Positions 1 to 5,567 of a stretch of 10,165 nt of DNA are shown here, in pieces. The position numbers were made by a program, and so were the translations under genes. The notes beneath the pieces are model-generated. The model was not told the origin of the DNA. It saw only the letters and a program-made list of their open reading frames with translations, and did no database searches. How positions within the stretch are numbered: position 1 is the first letter of the stretch; each line of letters begins with the position of its first letter. The stretch is from positions 1-10,165 of the forward strand of contig JBDRHP010000003.1 in NCBI GenBank assembly GCA_043816785.1, in the 5' to 3' direction. Source of the stretch: Candidatus Margulisiibacteriota bacterium (GTDB lineage: Bacteria; Margulisbacteria; WOR-1; O2-12-FULL-45-9).

Positions 1-144
1 GATACTTTAAACGACTTTGGCAATTTTATTAAAGCCGGCGAAGTACCGGATGACCCGGCTGGTCTGGCTTTGGTTAAAGACGGGGCTTATCAAATATCAG
101 TTATCGAAAATGACATAGATCTTATAATGACCGGGACCAGATAA
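1..144 (+). CDS. 3' end of a truncated upstream CDS (hypothetical protein)
   Basis: Frame 1 is open from base 1 to TAA at 142-144 (DTLNDFGNFIKAGEVPDDPAGLALVKDGAYQISVIENDIDLIMTGTR*). It ends 10 nt before the next ATG, as expected in an operon. Confidence 0.7.
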   Translation, partial: DTLNDFGNFIKAGEVPDDPAGLALVKDGAYQISVIENDIDLIMTGTR

Positions 145-154
145 CATATAACAT

Positions 155-1351
155 ATGCGGAAATTCGGTTTATTAATATTATTAATATTAGTCATTTGTA
201 ATTTGTCATTTGTCATTTGCACAAAAACAAATGCCCAGGTTACTTACCCCGGCATCTATTTTATCAATGGCAAGGTTATTGATACGGATTCAGTTGGAAC
301 AGACGGCCTGTGGATCGTCTTTTTTAAGGAATACGTTGGCAAGGATATCATTAGCGGCTTCGCGGATGATTATGTCGGCACCCAGGGTCTTTCCGGCCGT
401 CCAAATGAATATATTTTGCCTGCTATCGAGGACCATCGCCTGGCTATCAAGCCCGGTAAATACTATGTTGCCAGCGTTCAAAGGGCGGATGGCTATGGCT
501 GCGACCCGGTTGAGGTCACGGTAACCGGACATGGCTATGATATTGCGCCGGATCTGGTTTTGGCTTATGGAGCTGGAATGACACCGCCAAGTGAGCGGCC
601 GGAACTCGGCAAAGAAGCTGAGCCAAGTATCAAGGTTTGGTTCGGAAATAGGTTATATCAGCCGGATATCTATGGCCTGAAAGAAGACGGCAAAAAGCCC
701 TTTGTGGTTTCTGAAACAGGCGAGCTTAAAATAAAAGTTGAGATAGCAGACCCTTATTTGCTGGATGAGACAGCCAGCTATCGGCTAAGCCTTAAAGATC
801 CTGAAGGAGTAATAAAGGAATTTGATCTGCAAAGTGTCCCGGGTTTCAAGACCTCGGTGGCGGCCGGCGCGCCTGAGGGCGTAAGGTCTCTGGATGTAGA
901 AACTCCTTTCCCTGAAACACTTAAGACCAAGAAAGATGAAGAATTGGTATATACATTTAGTTTTAGCGCCAGGAGCCGCGGCAATATTGGAGCGGCTGCT
1001 TCAGCTTCAACCCAGGCGGTAGTCTACGTTATGGGCGGACCGGTTCAGTTGATCGGTATTCCCATTACCTATCCCAGCCCGATCCGTTTAAAGACCGATA
1101 AAAAGGTCACGTTCCAATATACTTTGAGCCGTGACGCGGATATTAATCTCAGCGCGGTTGATATATCAGCGCGCACCGTGAAAAAAGTTTTGCTCAGGGC
1201 TGGAGAAGAGGGCGGTTCAGCCGGAGTGAATAAAGTAGAATGGGATTTGATCACGGATCAGGGAACTCGACTGGACTCCGGCATCTATATCTTCACTTTG
1301 GTGCACGAAGGCAAGCTTCTGGGTAAAGGCAAGCTTACCGCACTTCCTTAA
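155..1351 (+). CDS. Secreted protein with C-terminal T9SS type-A-like/FlgD-Ig sorting domain
   Basis: 398 aa. Signal peptide MRKFGLLILLILVIC...TNA|Q, then a beta-rich N-terminal domain, a Pro/Glu linker and an Ig-like middle domain. The C-terminal ~105 aa show the YPSP...QYTL...D.SAR.V...VEWD...G..LDSGIYIF...K.LGKGKL pattern typical of TIGR04183/FlgD_ig-type domains. Confidence 0.8.
   Translation: MRKFGLLILLILVICNLSFVICTKTNAQVTYPGIYFINGKVIDTDSVGTDGLWIVFFKEYVGKDIISGFADDYVGTQGLSGRPNEYILPAIEDHRLAIKPGKYYVASVQRADGYGCDPVEVTVTGHGYDIAPDLVLAYGAGMTPPSERPELGKEAEPSIKVWFGNRLYQPDIYGLKEDGKKPFVVSETGELKIKVEIADPYLLDETASYRLSLKDPEGVIKEFDLQSVPGFKTSVAAGAPEGVRSLDVETPFPETLKTKKDEELVYTFSFSARSRGNIGAAASASTQAVVYVMGGPVQLIGIPITYPSPIRLKTDKKVTFQYTLSRDADINLSAVDISARTVKKVLLRAGEEGGSAGVNKVEWDLITDQGTRLDSGIYIFTLVHEGKLLGKGKLTALP
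191..218. repeat. Tandem heptamer repeat (GTCATTT x4, one variant GTAATTT) inside the signal-peptide coding region
   Basis: GTCATTT GTAATTT GTCATTT GTCATTT read directly. It is preceded by a 9-bp duplication (TATTAATAT x2, 171-188). Confidence 0.9.
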
Positions 1352-1372
1352 TTGTAAACCCCTAAAAAACAA

Positions 1373-1378
1373 AGGAGG
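1373..1378 (+). promoter_or_regulatory. Shine-Dalgarno for the 409-aa gene
   Basis: AGGAGG 9 nt upstream of ATG 1388. Confidence 0.8.
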
Positions 1379-1387
1379 ATCGTAAAA

Positions 1388-2617
1388 ATGATGAAGAAAC
1401 TTGTGGCTTCAATTGCTTTGGTAATTATGATAACAGGCTTAACATGGGGGGAGATACCGGGGAAAATAAATATTCAGGGAAGACTGGTTGATTCTAGCGG
1501 GAGTCCGCCAACAAGCGGTGAATATGAGATGTCAGTTACATTTAATAAATCTCCTCATGATGTTCCGGGAAATCAGGTTTGGAAGTCTTCCGCTTCTTTA
1601 GTTTTTATTGACGAAAACGGTTTTTTTAGTGCTGAATTTGCAGGGGGAGACCCCTCCCTTTCTAATGTTCCTTTTGATATTTCCTATTATGTGGAATTTT
1701 TCATTAATCCTCCCGGGGAAAGTATTCCTCATCCTGTTAGTATGGCTAATCCCCGTTTGCCGCTCTTTACCGCGCCCTATGCTTTTACAGCCAAGAATGT
1801 TGAAGGTGGAAAGGTGAATGCTATTGGAGACGAGAACGTTGCTGTCTGGGGAAGATCAAGCAGTAACAAAGGTGTGGCTGGTATAAGCAGGACTGGCACA
1901 GGTGTCTATGGTTATTCAGGGCCTCCGGAAATTAGTTCTCCTGCTCCGCCAGCGGAAGAAGCAGTGGGGGAAGAGGCTGCCACAGGAGTAACAGGAACGC
2001 TGCCGATTCCAGAGGAAGTAAAAGGGCATGGGGTATATGGGAAAACAGGGGCTGGAAATAAGGCTGGTGTATATGGAACAGGAATCACTTTTGGCGGGTA
2101 TTTTACAGCGTCAAAAGGCAGTGCTGTAAAGGGGGAATCAAGCGCCAAAGCTGGATTTGGAGTAAATGGAGAAGTCACGGGGGAAGATGGGATAGGAACC
2201 TATGGTAAGTCTACTAATCTAACTGGGGTTGGGGTGAAAGCGGAAAACACAGAACCCGGTGGTATTGCTCTTGAAGTGCAGGGAGCCCTTAAGACCGGTA
2301 TAAGGGAATTGCGTGCTCTTGTGGATGGAGGAGAGTGGATTGAAGGGGGGAAGATAAAGATGGTTGATTTTGGGATCGACCCCGCTGGAATTATACATAT
2401 AACTGAGGATTGTATTGAGATTTCCGTGCGCACTAAAGCGGTAAAGGATAGAGGGGCGCTTATTTTGATAACAAAGCAGACAGGGACTAAATCCATAAAT
2501 TTGAACGCACGGGCACAGGGGCCTGGAGTGTTTAGCATCACGCGTCCTTTGTGGGATAGCTCTCAGACTATACCCGGAGATATAGATATGCGTATCGGAT
2601 TTTTAGTAATAAATTAG
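1388..2617 (+). CDS. Secreted fibre-like protein (tail-fibre/MAT-like N-terminal domain + GVxG beta-helical repeats)
   Basis: 409 aa. Signal peptide, then an N-terminal domain with IPGKINIQGRLVD...VW...NGFFS...PRLPLFTAPYAFTA, a motif set typical of chromosomally encoded trimeric fibre proteins. About ten GVYG/GVxG-type repeats follow, then a beta-rich tip. No T9SS-like CTD and no recognisable S74 chaperone domain. Confidence 0.7.
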   Translation: MMKKLVASIALVIMITGLTWGEIPGKINIQGRLVDSSGSPPTSGEYEMSVTFNKSPHDVPGNQVWKSSASLVFIDENGFFSAEFAGGDPSLSNVPFDISYYVEFFINPPGESIPHPVSMANPRLPLFTAPYAFTAKNVEGGKVNAIGDENVAVWGRSSSNKGVAGISRTGTGVYGYSGPPEISSPAPPAEEAVGEEAATGVTGTLPIPEEVKGHGVYGKTGAGNKAGVYGTGITFGGYFTASKGSAVKGESSAKAGFGVNGEVTGEDGIGTYGKSTNLTGVGVKAENTEPGGIALEVQGALKTGIRELRALVDGGEWIEGGKIKMVDFGIDPAGIIHITEDCIEISVRTKAVKDRGALILITKQTGTKSINLNARAQGPGVFSITRPLWDSSQTIPGDIDMRIGFLVIN

Positions 2618-2625
2618 GAAAATAA

Positions 2626-3654
2626 ATGAATAAAGTAAAGGCCATAACAGCCTTTGTTTTAATTTTAGGGCTTGCAATTTCTGCCTTTGCCCAGACAAAA
2701 GGAATAGCAAAAGGCGCAACCTATAGTATTTATTCTCTTTCTTTCTCCAGCGCTGGCAAGGCAGACTTGCGCTCAAAAAACCTTCAAATCAAGGATGTCA
2801 GAAGTCTGGGAATAGCCGGACTGGCTAAATCAAAAAAAACAGGAATTCGTGTGGAAGGAGATTTTACTCATCTAAAGCCTGTGGCAGTACCGCCTGATAA
2901 GGTCTATCCGGTAGTGACTGCGCCAACAGAAAAGGCAATTGCGCCAAAAGAAGCTGCGGCTCCTGCCGCTCCGCCACAGATTAAGGAAATCTACTTTGAT
3001 GGGCAAAAATGGCAGCCAGTGGCAGCGACAAAGGGGAGAGATTTTGTTGTTGCAGAGCAGCCCAAGATCTCAGCCAAGGTTACCTCGTCTGTTGGTTTGG
3101 ACCTGAGCCAGCCGGAAACACTTAGGATAATTCTTGCTGGCAAGGCTTACAGCGTAAAGGCTTCGCAAGTTGTTAAGTCTGCCGGAGCTTCAGGCGCGCT
3201 GACCGCAGTAAATTTTGCCTATGATTCCTCCGCCGCGGGAGTAAAACTGCCGTCCGGAAAACAAAACATAACGATTAAGGTAACTGATCCTGCTGGAGAA
3301 GCTTCCGAGGTTTTAACAGTCCTTGTTCCCACTGGTGAGTTGAGAATATATGACCAGCCCATCAGCTTTCCCAGCCCGGTCAGCTTAAAAACCAATAAAA
3401 AAGTTGATGTGCAGTATACGCTGAGCAAAAGCGCAGATATAGATATGATCATAGTGAGCGCTGATGGCCAAGTGGTAAAGAAATTCAGTTTTCCAAAAGG
3501 AGGAATTGGGGGCACTGTTGGCAGAAATGTCATTTCCTGGGATTTAATTGATGCTCGAGGATATAAGACTGGAGTAGGAATTTATTCTTATCCCATATTG
3601 GATCATAACACCAGAAAGATACTTGGAAGAGGCAAGCTTACTGTTATCCCCTAA
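2626..3654 (+). CDS. Secreted protein with Pro/Ala linker, Ig-like domain and T9SS type-A-like C-terminal domain; paralogue of 155..1351
   Basis: 342 aa. Signal peptide ending AFA|Q; linker PVAVPP...AAAPAAPP; C-terminus FPSP...VQYTLS..ADI...ADGQVVK...ISWD...GIYSY...KILGRGKLTVIP. AGGA overlapping the upstream stop may act as the RBS. Confidence 0.8.
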   Translation: MNKVKAITAFVLILGLAISAFAQTKGIAKGATYSIYSLSFSSAGKADLRSKNLQIKDVRSLGIAGLAKSKKTGIRVEGDFTHLKPVAVPPDKVYPVVTAPTEKAIAPKEAAAPAAPPQIKEIYFDGQKWQPVAATKGRDFVVAEQPKISAKVTSSVGLDLSQPETLRIILAGKAYSVKASQVVKSAGASGALTAVNFAYDSSAAGVKLPSGKQNITIKVTDPAGEASEVLTVLVPTGELRIYDQPISFPSPVSLKTNKKVDVQYTLSKSADIDMIIVSADGQVVKKFSFPKGGIGGTVGRNVISWDLIDARGYKTGVGIYSYPILDHNTRKILGRGKLTVIP

Positions 3655-5561
3655 TAACCTTTTTCAAAATCCAGGAGGTCAGTAATAAGGATTGTCACTG
3701 GTTGGCTGCGATAGAGCATTTCCACTGATTCTGCCCGCGTTAGTTTTCTACTAGGTCCAAAAGGCTTGTCTTTGAAGTGAATAAGCATGCCTTCCTGATA
3801 AGCGCCCGAGATGATCGTCGCGGCCCAGTGGGTTCCTTTGACATCAATAAATATGTCAGTGTAGAGTATCTGCTTTACACCGCCAAAGCGGGCGATCATG
3901 GCCAGGCCTTCAGCGCGGGTGACGTCGCCTGAAGGCTTAAAGGTTTTATCCGGATAGCCTTTTACAATGCCTAGCTCGGCCGCAAGATTTATGTACTTGG
4001 CAGCCCAGTGACTTAGAGGAACATCGGCAAAGACCTGTTCTTTAGCAGGTGGCACGTTTGCATCGCCGCCCATTTTGGTCCTGATTAGAAGAGCCGCAAG
4101 CTCGGCGCGGGTAATACTGCCATTGGGTTTGAATTTGCCGTCCGGATAACCCTTGATAATGCCCAGCGTGCCGATATAGCTGATCTGTTCTGAGGCCCAG
4201 TAATCTTTGGCAACGTCAGGATAGGTGATTAATCTTAAGACACGTAGATTGTCCCAATCCACCAGTTTGTCTTTTTGATCAAAACCTTCAACTCTTACAG
4301 TATTTTTTCCAACCTTTAGAGAGGCTCTGGTCCGAAACTCCCCGCGGGGATCCATATCTACCTTAAGGCCGTTGGCTTTTACCTGGGTGATCTGCGGATC
4401 AACCGCTGTCCCTTTAACCGTAACGATAGTGTCGGTAGTGATGAGTTTGTCAGGCGAAGCAACCAGGCGATCTTTTATTTTCTTGACCGGGGCAATGCCG
4501 TAGGAGAGCGAAAAGAAATGATTGTTGATCCCCGGCGCGTCAGCGAAAGTATGGTAGGCGTAATCAAAACGGAAATTGCCGTAGTTAACACCGGCTCCAG
4601 ATGTGAAATTGTTTACCACTTCGGTCGGGCCGGACATCTCCTGATCAATGCCAGCCCTGATCGCGATCAGGGCAATAGGCTGCCACTCCAGACCCAGATG
4701 CCAGAGCGCGGGAACCAGGTTCGCGCGGCTGATCTCATAATCCACATCCGCCAGAAAATCTACTTTATGATTGCCAAGTCTGCGCAAGGCATTTTCCGGG
4801 CCCAAGATATTGGCCGCTAGGCCGAGCTTTGCCACCGCTGGAAAAGACTCCTCCCAGCCGGAATCATAGCGGAGTTTGCCGCCCAGGGAGAAAGGCAGGG
4901 CATTCTGGATATTGCTGCCCAAAGATAACCAGGGCAGGGGTTTTCCCTGCAAACCGATATCCAGCTCGGTTCCAGTGGCTGATCCTTCGGAGTTGGAGAT
5001 GCGGTCGCCGGTAAGAGAAACATTAAACAGTTTAAAGTTGGCGCCGAAATTAACTCCTTTTAATCCGGGGAAACGGTTTCCTATTGCTGAAAGTAATGGC
5101 AGGTCCAATAATCGCGCTAACTTATCCGCATAAGAAAGTATCAGCAAGCCGTTAGAGTAGCTCATCTGATCTTGAGAAATATCTACAATATATATTGGAT
5201 CATCCGGGTCTGAGCTGGCTTCAATGGTTGTGGGCAGGGCGCCGCCAATGGTGGAATTTACATAGGCAATTCCCAGGTTGCCCGCGGTAGTGGGATAAAC
5301 TCCGGAAAAAGATAAATAGTTAAAATCATCCAAAAATTTTCCTGACATGGAGGTCGCCTGCCAGCAATCCAGGTTGGCTAATCCTGCCGGGTTCAGGAAA
5401 ACCGAGCCCACATCATCTGCCAGCCCCACAAAGGCTTTGCCCATTCCCAGCGGCCGGGCGCCAGTAGCAAGACGCATGGGGTCAGATGCCGCTTGGGCCA
5501 GATCTGAACAGGTAAAGCCCAAAACCAAGGTTAAAATTATAAAAAGCGCCAGTTTATTCAT
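3651..5561 (-). CDS. PorV/PorQ (FadL-like) outer-membrane beta-barrel fused to an Ig-like domain and three S-layer homology (SLH) domains
   Basis: 636 aa. Signal peptide ending AQA|A. The N-terminal GARPLGMGKAFVGLADDVGSVFLNPAGLA is the signature of the PorV/FadL-type barrel family. Amphipathic strands end in FRFDYAY...HFFSLSYG (~4497). An Ig-like segment (~4227-4460) is followed by three SLH repeats with (F/Y)xDV...W...GIIKGYPD..FKP...TRAE (~3708-4223). Confidence 0.88.
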   Translation of the reverse strand: MNKLALFIILTLVLGFTCSDLAQAASDPMRLATGARPLGMGKAFVGLADDVGSVFLNPAGLANLDCWQATSMSGKFLDDFNYLSFSGVYPTTAGNLGIAYVNSTIGGALPTTIEASSDPDDPIYIVDISQDQMSYSNGLLILSYADKLARLLDLPLLSAIGNRFPGLKGVNFGANFKLFNVSLTGDRISNSEGSATGTELDIGLQGKPLPWLSLGSNIQNALPFSLGGKLRYDSGWEESFPAVAKLGLAANILGPENALRRLGNHKVDFLADVDYEISRANLVPALWHLGLEWQPIALIAIRAGIDQEMSGPTEVVNNFTSGAGVNYGNFRFDYAYHTFADAPGINNHFFSLSYGIAPVKKIKDRLVASPDKLITTDTIVTVKGTAVDPQITQVKANGLKVDMDPRGEFRTRASLKVGKNTVRVEGFDQKDKLVDWDNLRVLRLITYPDVAKDYWASEQISYIGTLGIIKGYPDGKFKPNGSITRAELAALLIRTKMGGDANVPPAKEQVFADVPLSHWAAKYINLAAELGIVKGYPDKTFKPSGDVTRAEGLAMIARFGGVKQILYTDIFIDVKGTHWAATIISGAYQEGMLIHFKDKPFGPSRKLTRAESVEMLYRSQPVTILITDLLDFEKGY

Positions 5562-5567
5562 TTTTGC

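Noticed and set aside
1388..2617. Prophage tail-fibre interpretation
   Set aside because: The protein has a Sec signal peptide, and no phage structural, integrase or lysis genes are in the window.
5500..5561. Cys in the signal regions of the 636-aa protein (GFTC) and the 398-aa protein (LVIC/FVIC) as lipoboxes
   Set aside because: Neither matches [LVI][ASTVI][GAS]C, and plausible signal peptidase I sites follow (AQA, TNA).
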